A stretch of DNA of 64,000 nucleotides from Balanoglossus misakiensis. Lineage: Eukaryota > Animalia > Hemichordata. Below the pieces are notes generated by a model. It worked only from the letters and a program-made list of their open reading frames with translations. It was not told the origin of the DNA and did no database searches. Positions within the stretch are counted from its first letter, which is position 1. The number at the start of each line of letters is the position of its first letter. The position numbers were made by a program, and so were the translations under genes. Shown in pieces: positions 10,876 to 24,480 of this stretch. The stretch is taken from NCBI GenBank assembly GCA_040954595.2, contig CM082595.2, positions 7,368,193 to 7,432,192 on the forward strand, written 5' to 3'.

Positions 10876-13800
10876 TTAACTGCGTAACACTATAAATAAG
10901 CTTACATTGGGGTAACATAGTAAAGTATCCCTCAAGTATAATAATATATCTAATCATTTGACGAACACTGTCTCATATTTCCATGGGCGTCACCTCGTCA
11001 CAATAATGTTATATTTAGGTTTGAGCTTCAAAATCCAACATCACCACTATAGATGCAAAGAAACTGTCGCATGCAGGCACGACTAGAAAGTAGTCGAGAC
11101 AAAATTTACTATGAAGGATCTCTCAAAGCTTTCAACGAATTACTGTGAGTGGTTCTCTACCTATGTGGTTGACGGAGAGATGAGGTCAACAGGTTTTTCT
11201 TTATTTATTTATATGAATGCGTGATTTTAATGGATATTAAATCTACTATAAAAACTCTTGAACCCCTATTTTAAATGCACTGACTTCTATAGAAGGCGAT
11301 AAAAATCCGTTCGGAAAGTAGAGCAGCCCATTCTATTGTCTTCTTTGAGAGCAATATAATTTGAAGAGGTATTGACATCCACTTAAGGCGGTAGAACCCT
11401 CATAAAACTATTTATGCAAAATGTGACACCGGGAATCGGACTGAACCGCGTACGACACTGGTTGTAAGATAAGCATTCAAGATAGTATGCAACCCGATTG
11501 AAAAATCCAGGCCTAGTTTAGTCAAACTGGACCCTCTAAGTCAATGATCGAATGCGATTTGAATGTGAGATATGAGTGACAAAATATGGAAGAATAACAA
11601 TACGCACCCAGAATGACCTCTGACGATTCTCCCAGCCCGAGACCGACACCATTAAAGGCTACACATACATTTTGTCGTCCATGACAGCAATTTCCACCAC
11701 ATGTCGTTAATCTGAAAGAAAACATATTTTGTTTGTCTAGATCAAACGTAATAACGATATGTTTAGTCTTTCTTTCACATCTGATAGATTTTCTGCAGAA
11801 AGTTGTCTATAACCTGTTCTATGCACTATACATGTACATGCACGGCGGTTGTCACTCACTGTATGCAAAGTCCTCGATTGGTATTTCATCTCTCGCTGCT
11901 AATTTCATCCCTGTGCCAATTTTCCTCCTATCTACATTGCATACCGAATCTGGCTTATTGCTGCATCTGAATCATATATTTAAGTACCACGTTAAACAGC
12001 ATCCATGCCCTCATTTTCTTTCACCTCCATTGATAGTGATCGTTCTCATTTTAATGATGTCAAAATTAATAGTAATGGCAAAATGCACTTAAATTACAAA
12101 AGGAGACATCTGTACTGCTCACCGTCAGAAACATATATCAGAAGATATGTTTGAAATGACCATATTGACGGTGACAATATGTTGCCCAGATTCCCATGTT
12201 TCTATGCATTTCCCGTCCCATGATAAACTCCGTTTCTGATAATATATATTCTTCGCCAATCTACCTTGACTATGAACTTGACTGTGGTCCAAACCGTACG
12301 TGCTCACCCTTTTTATTTTGACATTTTCCAGTTGTGTAATCAATGATGAAATATGTTGTCGTATTTTCAATACTTTCCCGCTTGCCTTTCAATCCATTCA
12401 TGACATATGTAAATTCTTGACACTCAGAGGAAATGAAAGACTCCAGGTATTAAATGTGGGTATACACAAAGAGCATTCACAAAAAGCGAGGAAATCTATC
12501 TTTTGCGCCGAAATGTCAACACACGAGCACGGTTTTCGGTCCAATCACATCAAAAAGCTAAATCATCTATGAAGCTGCATTATATTCAGCCTTGCAACGA
12601 GTCATTTTCTTTCAAAAGGCAACGTATTGGCAGAAAACTTGGGAATTAATACTGCAATATGCATCTATCATTACCTCATAGACGCAGTCAAGCCGTGTTG
12701 CTACTCTGAATCCCTGCTGTTATTTCCCCCGCTACGTTGGTCTTTGTAAAGTCGTCGATTATACAAAATCTAATAAGACAAGCTTCGCAGCCCAGCGGAT
12801 ATTAGTCATAAGGGATATAACATGTTACTAACCAAGCAAAATCGATCGTACACGGTTTTCATTGAAACACCCAACCGTGATATGACGCCCGGTGCTGGGA
12901 ATATACTCTTCCGTGACAAAGGCCTTACTTGAAATACATCAGCCTAGGGCAGCATTATCTGTTTCTATTGAAACTATATTGACATCTACGAATGGTAGTT
13001 AATCAATTTTATCTATGTTGTTAGTGTCTGCGTCCGCCGGTGGCAATTTAATGTAGGCGAAAAAATTAGGTCATTTATAATTCGCAGGTATTGATGAGTA
13101 TACACAAAGCTTTGCCGTTATTAGCAATTGCTTTCACTGAATGTACGTATTGCACCGTACTGTCATGTTAAATTAACTGGAAGGGTGTCTTCTTTTGTAT
13201 TTAATTCGCGTTCGCTGGTTAAATTTCGCAAACTATAATTTTGTCCCATCCTTCATAGCCTGTTTTTATATGAATAACAGATAACCAAAGCGCAGGTGGA
13301 CAGCATTGTCTGCTCAAAGTACACAGCATTTCACTGGCGGTGTTTTTTTGTTAGTCTAACTCGGGCTTTCTTGAACGGCATCGATGATTGCCTTCATCTC
13401 TAACCTAATCCCATTGACATTTAATGTTGTAAATCAAACTGCAATAACACAGGTAGTGATGTCAGTCATGCTAGCAACCGACAACAATCTAGATCAGTAG
13501 ATCACGTGGGTTTACTACGATTCAATTAGGCAGATTGTGTGAACGCATTAACTGGATTAAAATATCACTAAACATATAGTAATATGATTCAAGGTCATTC
13601 ATAGGTCAGAGTTAAGCAGCTTTTGTTGTGTATGTGAGATGTTGTCATGTGGTTGTTTCAAGGACATGTTCAGATCCGGTCGGTTGTGTGCCTTATTTTA
13701 TTGTCGTGTTGAGTTGCTCATTTAGTATTATTATTTATGTTTATTTCGGATAAAAAATAATCCATAGAAGGTAAAAAGTAAGAAGATTATCATTATTATC

Positions 13801-14334
13801 ATGATGTGAAATGACATTGAATTTCCTAGAAAATAGTTCAGCATTTTTTCTGGTCTACAATCGAAGCCATTTGAAAATCACCCATGCGATAAAAAACAAA
13901 TAGTATAGAAAATAAATATCGTCTTGTTTGAGTAGGATGGAAACACCTCTGTTTTCTATATTTAAAATTCATTGATTTACAATATAAGCCTCCAATCTCG
14001 GTAATAAGATTAAAATTATATAAAATCAACTTGCTCAGATGGCATAAAAGTGGCGATAACACACTCAGTTCGGAATTGATTAGCACTGAATTGAAGACTG
14101 GATTTCCGTCAGACTAAAATATGAGCCAGATGAAAGCTGTAGGGTTTGAAAGGGTCAGTGCAAATGAAGAACTCATGTTCTCCTATAACAAACGAGGAGC
14201 TGTCTCACATTTGCCGTGTCAAAGGTCGACTCGAGGCTAAAAGGATAAGTCATTACAAATCCTCATATATATTTTCTGCTGTGAAAAGCAAGGATATTTA
14301 ACTTCTCATATTGCTACAATTCCCTCCCTTTTAA

Positions 14335-14745
14335 GGATGTACGTTCAGTAAAATTGAAAGTATTGTCATTTCTTTTAGTTGTGGATTTTTGGATTCGCCT
14401 TTGTATGCATAATGAAAATCCGTAATAAAATATAGGGATAACCGCGCTTGTTTCTGAATACAGAGCTATGATTTTAGTCGATAAAAGAAGAAAACTGCTG
14501 ACTCAGCATTTTCACCAATGGTTTGTCTATGGGAAAAATATTAAGCGAAGTTTATCTCGAAAAAGAGTACGGTGACCATACAATTTTATTTGACCGATGA
14601 ATTTATATTGACTAGACTGAGCTATGTGTAAAATTTCGTAAAAATGACTATAGTAGAAGTTTGTTTTCTAGCAATTATCAATGTAATCCCATGGGGAAAA
14701 GACGACTGCGCGTAGTTGTCCGGTTTATGTTCTGCACGTACATCC
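14335..14745. mobile_element. Non-autonomous DNA transposon, TTAA TSD, Kolobok-like (family C)
   Basis: TTAA(14331-34)|GGATGTACGTTCAG ... CTGCACGTACATCC|TTAA(14746-49); non-coding interior. Confidence 0.8.
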
Positions 14746-14866
14746 TTAACTGCGGGCTGAAGTACGATTACTTTTCATCCAGGAGATTATCCGATGAAGA
14801 CTAGAGCTAACGTCATCATGTCACCGGAGTATAAGGTGATTTTGATTAGGCGAAGGGAACATTTAA

Positions 14867-15050
14867 AGGTATACGGTCACCTATGCAAATTAAGCTACTG
14901 TTACCATGGTAAATTGAGATCTAACCAATCACAGATTTTCAGTGGGTGGCAACAGCGAAAAAAGAGCGCCACCATACGTTCTTGAGAACACTGAAATACG
15001 CAATTTCAGCTATATATGGCGATAGGTAAATTGCAGGTGAGCGTATACCT
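14867..15050 (-). mobile_element. MITE family A copy 2 (complete, TTAA TSD on both sides)
   Basis: TTAA(14863-66)|AGGTATACGGTCACCT ... AGGTGAGCGTATACCT|TTAA(15051-54); reverse orientation of 9144-9328. Confidence 0.88.
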
Positions 15051-15977
15051 TTAATAAATTAAGAGTTGTTTCTGACAAAATTAGAGTTGTGTCCGCTTAA
15101 TTTAGAGATTTGGGCTGTCATATAGGGGCCACCGTATATCTTGAATACCAAAATAATTATAAGCGGATTACAAGCCATATAGTAATGGTTGATGCGAAAC
15201 GTGTACCACGGAAAAGTTCATGAACCCATGCGGATTATATATAGTCTGGCTTACGACGTTCCTTGTCAAGGGCAAAACAGAGTTGTTCTGTTGATTGACA
15301 TTGTAATGATCTGTTATGGCGATCGATAAAACCATGCACGCATCACCTGTCGGCTCTCGTCCCAAGCCATTTCCCGCCTGGAAATTGTCACCGAACATTA
15401 TTATTCTTTATTCCCCCCCCCCCCCACCAAGCTATTCCATATAAAACTGCACCAGGCAAGTTATTTAAAGAAGTAGGCCTCTATGATTGTATCTTCGGGA
15501 AAATTCTCTCTTATATAAGATCGTAAAAACACCCCGAACTGTTTTGCTGATTGAAAACACTCGACAAGGAAATATTTTATGGGATCTGATACACACTCTA
15601 CAACTCCAATCGAGGCATTCTTCTCCATTTCCGCTCCTAACGATGCTAATCAAAACATGTTTCGAAGAGCTACTTTATTCTTGATTGTTCCCATTACCGA
15701 GTTGCAATCACTTCATTTTCACAGTAAATGCCACTCATGTACACGTCACAACGGAAAGCAGTGTCGATCAGACAGGAAATAAATAAAAGACGCTGCAACA
15801 GAAATACAGTGGGCCTATGGGTACAGTTTTGGTCATTGTAACTCAAAATAAATTGTGAAATATGTAACGACCAGATGCTTTCGTTTCTATGCTAACAAGC
15901 ACTAACAGCGCGTGTATCACCGTCCTTACGGACAGTATAAACAGGTAAATTAAACAAAAAGTGTAATGTTCTTTAAA

Positions 15978-16090
15978 AATGAATGAATGAATGAATGAAT
16001 GAATGAATGATGATGATGATGATGATGATGATGACGACGACTCCACGCCTCCGCCGCCGAAAAATCGTCATCATCATCGTCATCGCCGTT
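15978..16090. repeat. (AATG)n-(GAT)n microsatellite
   Basis: Directly visible. Confidence 0.9.
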
Positions 16091-19000
16091 TAAGGTAAAG
16101 GTGATTTTATTTATTTATTTACATTAAAGGTAACCCATATACAGACACCATGGGGGTTTCTACATTTTATGTGTACATCGTCAGGTAAACTATCGGAATC
16201 AGAGTCATGCGTACGGAAGGTAAATGTTTAATGCCACAGTCGTTTCTAGGTCATCGCAGCCTCGCATTTCAATGAAAGCGGGTAAATGTCAGGTGCATGA
16301 AATTGTGAAGCTATTCGCGCCATTTCACAATTGACAATTGAACGCGTAGGATATAAATATTTAAAGATCCTCTACACAGTAAAACTGAAAGTACAACTGA
16401 AATGAAGTCTGCACTATATATCCGATACATATGTTGGTCAAGTTTGTCCAGATGGAACTGTAAGCCGTACAATTTTAATGTTCTACGAAGTCACGACACA
16501 GCGACATGAAACTCTCTGTCGCACTGGCTATTATCCTTGCATATAAGAAATTTCTTTTACATTATCTTGTCCGTATTGGAACAGCACTCATGTGTCTCAA
16601 AATAAAATCACATATCTATTTGTGAATGCATGTACTAGTATTATGTAATCTCTGGTAAAACAAATTACATAGGTGATTTAATACTTTTTATTTACACTTT
16701 ACACATTAGTACGTTTATGTACATAATATTTTAAAATCGAACATTGCAATACGAATTAATTGAGTATTTTCGTATATCTTACATGTACTTAATAAGGGTT
16801 TTGCTTCTATGGCGATATTTTAATCTTACAGTTCTACTGGTGCTGATTCGTGATTTTCTGTTCAAGAGCTCGTTTAACCAAATACTTATTTAATGACATG
16901 TGATTCTTATTCACATGTCCATGTCGGTCGAGATAATTGTGGAAAGACTGAACGTTGCAACAATCCCTGTGTCACATCACATATGTACATTCATATTATA
17001 AAGTCTGTTGATTTCCCTCGTTTTTAATATTTTACGTCTTCTACTTTCCAGCTCAGAAGCAGCTTTATATAAGTCCCGAATATCACATGACTTATACGCA
17101 ATTTTGTTTACATATATTTAAATTCTCATTTCACATGCGAGCTTCAACATATAACACAATACATTAATATTGCCATTTCCTCTGAGTAGGCGCCACGGAA
17201 ATATCAACAGAGGAACTCGAAATTAATTACCTGCTATATAAAAGTGACATTAATGTCAATATGTAGCCGGCAAATAGATATTCCGGCAATGGTTCGTGAC
17301 CCGAGGAATAAAATTTCGTATGGTGGATGCCAGGCCATACCGGGAATGAATCGATTTAATTGATTACTTAATTGCCGGGAAGACGTCAGGGAAGACATTG
17401 ATCAACAATGTACATGCAATATCACTATCGGCGACCGCATCAAAAAGTGGACGCCATGTGTACAGAAGGCAGGCAGATTATAATAGTGACGTCAGAAGTC
17501 TGTTTCTTCTAGGAAAGTCAAATATTGATATGATGAACGGAGCACGGATGGTAAGAATTTAGGTACCTTATAAATTAAGCAGTAGGTATTGTATCCAATG
17601 TATATTATTACACATGCACTGCAGATTATTCTGTGATTCACTACTACATAACTTTGGTATTGCCTCTCATTACTGTGTGAATAAAGAAAAATAGTCCCTT
17701 TCAAAATTCAATTTTTCGGAGCAATTGTTGAATAAACTATTGACAAGCAAGTTCTATTTTACACTTGATTAGTTTTTTTCTTGATGTTATCAAATATTAA
17801 CATCAAGCCTCGCGGATAACAGGACAAAACTCGCATGTAGAGTGAATTGAGATTATCATAAGCCATGAAATAACTATGCAAATTAGTCACGCGTCCATTC
17901 AATAATTCCACGGTATTGTCATGGCAAAATATGCGAATGAGTAAACAAGTGGGGCTGAAGGAAATGACACGACAAGAACATCTCCAAAAGGCTTGAAATA
18001 CAAATGCCTTCTGTGTATCAGGTAACGCTGCAGCAAGAGGACACATGGCAACTTCTTTCAATACATTGCATTTTTTTCTGATGTACATGTGCACAACTTT
18101 CAATTGCGTAGGTGTTCACACCCATTAAACTGTTTGATGATAAAACACAGCAAGACTTGTGTCAACAGTGTTGCCATGGCGACGACTGCTGTTGAATCTC
18201 AGTGACCCTCATTCAAAGTTTTTTTCTTGCAAGAAAATAGCATGGTGGATTAGGCAGTCTGATAGATCTGCTACGGCCATTGTTTGGAATCTGCTGCTCA
18301 CTATAAATGAAATCATTGTTATTCAGTTGACGGAGTTCAAATTTAATGAAAACTCTCAAGTTACTCCAGACTATTTTGATTAAAAATCTATGTCCTTAAA
18401 TGACTATCATAATCAATTCCTCAATTAGTATCTCAGTATTATGCTCATAAGACTTTCTTGAAGATGTCAAGGTAAGTATAGGTAAAGTACATCGATAGCT
18501 GTGGCCAGCATTCATGATTTTGATATGAGTACCTCTATTGTAGAATATAAGTTGAACGGAGGGAAGTTTAGTACGCAAAGAGGGACCTTGATTCAAGAGG
18601 TCGACGTCATAATATTCACGATGAATAATCAAAATTATGTAGACCAGGTGTAAGAAGGGTAGATCAAGTAACAATAACCTTGCTGCCTCGGTGATCTTCT
18701 GCAATTATCCTCATTCGCTAACATGAATGACAACATTATGCGGGCATTAGTACGAGATACGGGGTAAGATAAGGTCATATTAACATAGGATTTCTTAATT
18801 TACTTACTATATAATTTACAACAGAAAAATATCAGTGATTTGGAAAGAGCGGACGCCATAGCTTTACCTGAGGGCAATATGTCGTGCAGTAGTCTCCATA
18901 ACGACGGCTAACCTTAACACGGGATTAACAATACTTGTGGCTCTTTGTAAGCAACAGCTATGCTTAAATGTGTTCTAGCTTCAATGCGATCTGCCGTGGC

Positions 19001-21727
19001 TGCACACGTCTACTTAATAATCACTTTTTGTTGGTTAAAGCTTATAGTCTTTCTATTTTGTTGAGAGACACGTACCTTCATGAATACATCGACGACACAA
19101 TCGTTGAACTGCATTGATTGTAGCAATTACTCGTTGACTTACCCTACATATCTCCTCTTACAACGAGGCAATATTCTACATCATTTACGGTAATTTTAGA
19201 AGATTTTCTCCATCACAAGTCTGACGTTACTGAACAGTGCAATTTCACTGTAAACCGTTATGTCATTCTAACAAGTTTTTAGAGTTTCGATCGAATTCCC
19301 GGTAAATTACAAACGAGGCTGGTATGAATATTGCATCGTAGAATATTAAAGTTAAATTACTATAGCAGTGATATTAATTGTGTGAATGGGATAGCTGTAT
19401 TATGGGGGAAAGTTTGGCTTTGAGTATAGGTCTTTATGGTAAATGTTTCAAGTGTATGAGACACTGATAATTAAAGGAAGAAAAAAATGAGTAGCATGCC
19501 GAAAACCTTGTCGATAAAAATTGATGTGATGTGAAAGGTTAGATAGTTTTCTGAGATGAATTAAGTGTTGTGTACGGTTGTTATGTATGTATGGTTGCTA
19601 TGTCTGAACGGTTGCCAGGTATGTTTGGTTGCTATGTCTGAAATGTGTAAATCATTATGTTGACATTCGGTTGCCTTAACAAAAAAAATCCTACGTTTGA
19701 TATGTGATGCGTATATGTATGTGTAACCCGTGGGGCATGGCATCTAACACAGCGAGGAACATTTATGATTTTGTTATTAGGTTTGGTCTCTATATCATAT
19801 CAACCAAAGTTTCTTCTTTTTTACTTTATCAGACATGATTAAATAGTAACTGTTTGCTTATATACTTGCTTGCTTGCTGGTGCACTTGGTATATTAGGGA
19901 AGGCACTACTCACATGCAGGCTAGATGTGTTGACCAACCAAATAATCGATACTCCGGTATACACCGAGGCAGTGAAATTGAATTGGAAACCAGAATTGAC
20001 AATCCCCTGTCGATTTCCCTTTCAGTGTTCCCACACCCTAGGAAAACAGGACACAATTTTAATCTGTTTACACGAGACGACATTCACTGTTCTCTGCTGA
20101 GAGTTATATCTACATTCAATATCGAGTTACTTCGTGAAGTACACAGAAGCGTGTAAGGAGATTGGAGTGAGGCGGGATGATAGGCGTTATAATAGAACTC
20201 AATGACTAGAACTTCCATCTAAAACCGACAGTGTTTTCCTCTTAAGATAGCAACTTGCCAACTTTTAATGTCGAATTCAGTTCTTCCAATTGAACCTAAT
20301 TCGAGATAATACGATGGGGGTTATAATCGGTAAAAATGATTAAATTAAAAAAAATAACATCTTAAATTTTATAAAATAGAATAGTGTAATACATTGAGTC
20401 ATTATTTAAACAATGGTCTTCACTAATCGATATGAATTTGAGATTTGGCTTGTGAATAAACAATGTCTTCATGTTTCGCTCTATTCTATTTTATAAACGT
20501 TGAGGGCATACCAAAGGATTCAAATCGCCAAGCAACGGTTGCTATGGATAACTTTCAAAATCAATCACAGTTTTCACGAATACATTTTCCTGAAATGATT
20601 CATTTGTAGAAATATAAATGTTATCATGAAACGTTAAAAATGCCCACAAAAACTTTGCCAATGGTTTTTAAGTCAGGGCATACTTGATATCCCGCTGGCT
20701 TTCTCTAAGTTCGCGACGATATGCTAAATGTAGTCTGGACATAATTGAAGTGATATTTACTCTATGGCGTCACTGTAAACCATACTGAAAACGCATCTGC
20801 TCTTGGTAAAGTAACACATTGATATCAGCAACTAATAAAATATAGAAAAAATAATATAGTTCCTAAACAGTGTTCATATTGCACATAAACTTAGATTTTC
20901 ACATTACTGATTCATATACGGCCATGTACCTATTTATACTTACAACATTTGCACACAACAGCAAATTTTGAAGCAAAAATATGTAAGCAAAATATGGTGA
21001 AATATTGAACAAATGTGTTCACTGTTAATAAACACGTGATTGACGTGACAATCATATAACGACCCGCAGAGATTCCCGCACACTTTCTCATTTAAAATTT
21101 GATACGCATTACAATCCCGTCCCTCGATCAGTGATAACTATAACACTCTGGTCGTTATCGACCAAACATAACGTGACGAAAGTCCACTGTGTATACTTAT
21201 AGTAGGCCTGGATACAACAGTTGGAGGTGAGATAGAAGATGTTATCTCCGGGATGTCTTGACCCTAGACCGTATGACGTGGGAATATTAGTCAATCCTTT
21301 TAAAATACTGCCCGTACCCATCGAAATGATAAGGTTTGAATTCAGTGAGCAATGAATTACGAGATTGTACTACCGGAATATCTAATATGTCAGTCCGTAA
21401 GTACCTATAGTTAAGAGATTTCTTTAAAAGTTGGGATATTTTAAAGACGTAACGTTTGACGACACCAGCTGAGCTGTGTGCAAATGCATCAGAAGTTATT
21501 GAACTCATTAAATACGAAATTGCGGATTTATTACAGTCGTAAAATAGTGTTATTACATCATCTAGAAGTGTTTGGTACATCCAAACTAGTTGATGGTTAA
21601 TTTAGATGGCGATTAATTGTGCGTCGACAGGAACCAACTCACCTGGCACGTATTCACAGTTAGAGTCTTCGGTTTTGCATTCTCTTATTCACATTGCAGA
21701 CGCTCAATATACTACACTTACGTACGC

Positions 21728-22060
21728 ACGTACATACATACAGACAAATTGTTCTTGGAGATAAAAAAAATTCTTTATTTTTAAATTTTGTAATCCTTGA
21801 CCTAAAATATTACATTTACAGATTAAAATACCACAATCAAAAACCAAATTTAGTTGACTTAAAAAACATGCAGAATATACAAAATGTTAGCTATACTTAA
21901 GTACGTACACAGACAAATTGTTCTTGGAAGTAAAACATTTTCTTTATTTTTTAAATTTTGTAATCATTGATCTAAAATATTAAATTTACAGATCAAAATA
22001 CCAAAATCAAAAACCAAATTTAGCTGACTTAAAAAAATCTGCAGAGTATACAAAATGTCC
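21728..22060. repeat. Tandem duplication, two copies of ~169 bp, each with a minus-strand AATAAA
   Basis: CAGACAAATTGTTCTTGGA at 21741 and 21910; both copies continue TCTTTATTT...AAAACCAAATTTAG.TGACTTAAAAAA...TATACAAAATGT. Confidence 0.9.
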
Positions 22061-22452
22061 AACTTTCTATTGCTAACAAACAGAATTAAAAAGATGATTT
22101 CTCATCTCAAGTAATGGGGACATTTTTTGCAACTTTGATACTCTGAAAACATGAAGATACGTTTATTTAAAAGTACAAGATCTTTATTATTATTTATTAT
22201 TATCACTATTATTATTAAAATGCACCATGTGATATGTTAAAATACACTTCTGTAACAGTTTAAAATCAATTATTTTTTGTAAACCTCAAGAAACCCAATA
22301 AAATTTAGTTTATCACAAAAAAGTCCATACATATATGTAAGGACATGCCTATATAGCGAAGCCAATAATATTACTACCAATGGTAGGGCTACGGATTCAC
22401 ATCGAAGATAGAATATACAGTATTTCAATACGGAATGTAATATCCAAGTTCT

Positions 22453-23733
22453 CTAAGGAACAATAATGACTGGATCTTCACACAGTTCACCGGTTTGCCA
22501 TATTTTCACTGTGACCATGGCGACCTTTGAACTTTGAACATTGACCTCTCCGCCCCAGCCATCGATGACATTGATGATTCCGCCCGTTGCTGTGGAGGGT
22601 GACCACAGGCGAATTCCGGAGTCAGTGTATCCAAAAACGACCCCACCATAGTTGATATCTGCATGAGCCTGCTGGGCGCCCATACCGTAGAAGACAAAGC
22701 CTTGATTTGGACCATCGATTGCCTGAACCTCAACCTGGACGAGATCAGGCTGGATGACAGATGGCAGTCGTATTTCTCGGAATGGTAGAATGCCGGCACC
22801 TTGTCCCATTTGCATAAACCAGTCAGTTTCGTAGTCGGGCTCCGGCATGTGTGTCTTCCAAATGCTGACTTTAACAAGGGCATTGTGATGGCGAACGGCA
22901 AAAGCCTCGCCACCCCAACCATCTAATCCACTGAAGATTGCGCCATGATAGTCCCCAACAGAATAACCAATGTCGTGCCGAGATGGTGCCCACAGCCTGA
23001 CGTTCCACGGGTCAGTTGCATACACTACGCCCCCATAGTTGGCCCACTGTCGATCATCGTCACACTGTGCTGCTCCCACCCCATCGTGTACAAACCCCCC
23101 GATGTCTGCACCGCCATTCTTGGCTTTGTACTGAACCACCACCAAAGATGGCCGTTCTCCTAGGTTGTGTTCGATTTCTTTGAACGACCCGACCCTACCG
23201 CCTGATTTCATATCAAACCATTCGGTCACTATGTCCGGGCAAGGGAAAGTTGCAGGAAGCCAGGCTTGAACCTTTACCATTGCTATGTGAGTACACTGCT
23301 CGTATCTGTCACCCCAGTATGGTCCTCCAGTTGATATGATGCAACCCTTGTCGTAGCCATTGTGATTATCTGGAGCCCATATCCTCACCTGGTTTTCATT
23401 ATAGCTGTAAACAACTCCTCCGTACCTACTCGTTTCGTCATCACCTGAGGCCGACCCCATACCTTCAAAGATGTAACCATCATTAGGGCCACCAACAGCT
23501 TTCGCGAAAACTTTCACACGCACTGGCAGTTCTCCAAGGTTGTGCTGAACACTGAGAAATGAGCCGCTCCCAGCCTGTGAAGAAAGGCTCACCCATTCAC
23601 TTTCAAAATCTGGTTTCGCTATTCTTTGGATTGGGTCACGGCATCGCCGCCCACCAGTGAGGCGATCAGCTCGGCAGCCATCATACCAAACACACCACAA
23701 AAGAACAAGGAATCCCAACTTTAGATAAAACAT
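22453..23733 (-). CDS. Secreted uncharacterised protein of three tandem ~125-135-aa beta-rich repeats (426 aa), single coding exon
   Basis: Long ORF, more GC-rich than its flanks. Signal-peptide-like N-terminus (MFYLKLGFLVLLWCVWYDGCRA). Repeats share PD(F/I/Y)xxxW...F..(HNLG)..P..V.V...A..G...G(Y/F)..G.G...YGGVV(Y/F)....(V/I)R(I/L)W(A/S)P...WG...V.V..W. Splice acceptor (tttatttttag, 23760-61) lies just upstream of the ATG. Confidence 0.93.
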   Translation of the reverse strand: MFYLKLGFLVLLWCVWYDGCRADRLTGGRRCRDPIQRIAKPDFESEWVSLSSQAGSGSFLSVQHNLGELPVRVKVFAKAVGGPNDGYIFEGMGSASGDDETSRYGGVVYSYNENQVRIWAPDNHNGYDKGCIISTGGPYWGDRYEQCTHIAMVKVQAWLPATFPCPDIVTEWFDMKSGGRVGSFKEIEHNLGERPSLVVVQYKAKNGGADIGGFVHDGVGAAQCDDDRQWANYGGVVYATDPWNVRLWAPSRHDIGYSVGDYHGAIFSGLDGWGGEAFAVRHHNALVKVSIWKTHMPEPDYETDWFMQMGQGAGILPFREIRLPSVIQPDLVQVEVQAIDGPNQGFVFYGMGAQQAHADINYGGVVFGYTDSGIRLWSPSTATGGIINVIDGWGGEVNVQSSKVAMVTVKIWQTGELCEDPVIIVP

Positions 23734-23837
23734 TCTTGTTTTATGAGAAGTCTCTCAATCTAAAAATAAATAAATAAATGAATAAAACGATTGAATGAAG
23801 GTTCAATGAGATGGTGCTTCTATGTTGATCACAAATA

Positions 23838-23950
23838 ATGTATGTATGTATGTATGTATGTATGTATGTATGTATGTATGTATGTATGTATGTATGTATG
23901 TATGTATGTATGTATGTATTTATGTATGTATGTATGTATGTATGTATGTA

Positions 23951-24029
<79 letters not shown>

Positions 24030-24152
24030 ATGTATGTATGTATGTATGTATGTATGTATGTATGTATGTATGTATGTATGTATGTATGTATGTATGTATG
24101 TATGTATGTATGTGTGTGTATGTATGTGTGTATGTATGTATATATGTATGTA
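23838..24152. repeat. (TATG)n-(TG)n-(TATG)n microsatellite, within the predicted intron
   Basis: Directly visible. Confidence 0.97.
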
Positions 24153-24352
24153 TTCATAGCATTGACGTAAAGATAGATGTCCAGAGCACATATCTATATA
24201 ATCATGAACTATAAGTTAAACTATTGTAGCTTTGCAATACTGATATAGTTATAATGCATCCAGGAATTAGTACTGCAATCAAGTTTGAAAGTAAGAAATA
24301 CCTAAAATTACAAAACGCTTAACATAAACGGATCAGTTTGAGAAACCCTTAC

Positions 24353-24480
24353 CTATTCTCTCCTGAATGCGTTAGCCAGACGTACGACAGACTGAAATTA
24401 TTGGTGGAGGACAGTCAATGAAGAAATGAATGTTGCGATATGTGTTCTGAGCTCACATGCGGACGAACCGCTATATATAT
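24353..24480 (-). promoter_or_regulatory. Probable TATA box and non-coding first exon of the 426-aa gene
   Basis: Minus strand: TATATATAG at 24471-24479, Inr-like TCAGAAC at ~24444-24450, donor AG|GTAAGG at 24353/24352. The intron runs to the acceptor at 23760 and contains the microsatellite. Confidence 0.6.

Noticed and set aside
11425-11480. tRNA/SINE-like fragment on the minus strand (GGTTCAGTCCGATTCCCGG)
   Set aside because: The B-box is interrupted and no cloverleaf or A-box can be built; at most a decayed SINE head.
22506-23163. Alternative-frame and antisense ORFs within the 426-aa gene; likewise those inside the LINE, ligase and GPCR
   Set aside because: Shadow ORFs of real coding sequence with no recognisable motifs.
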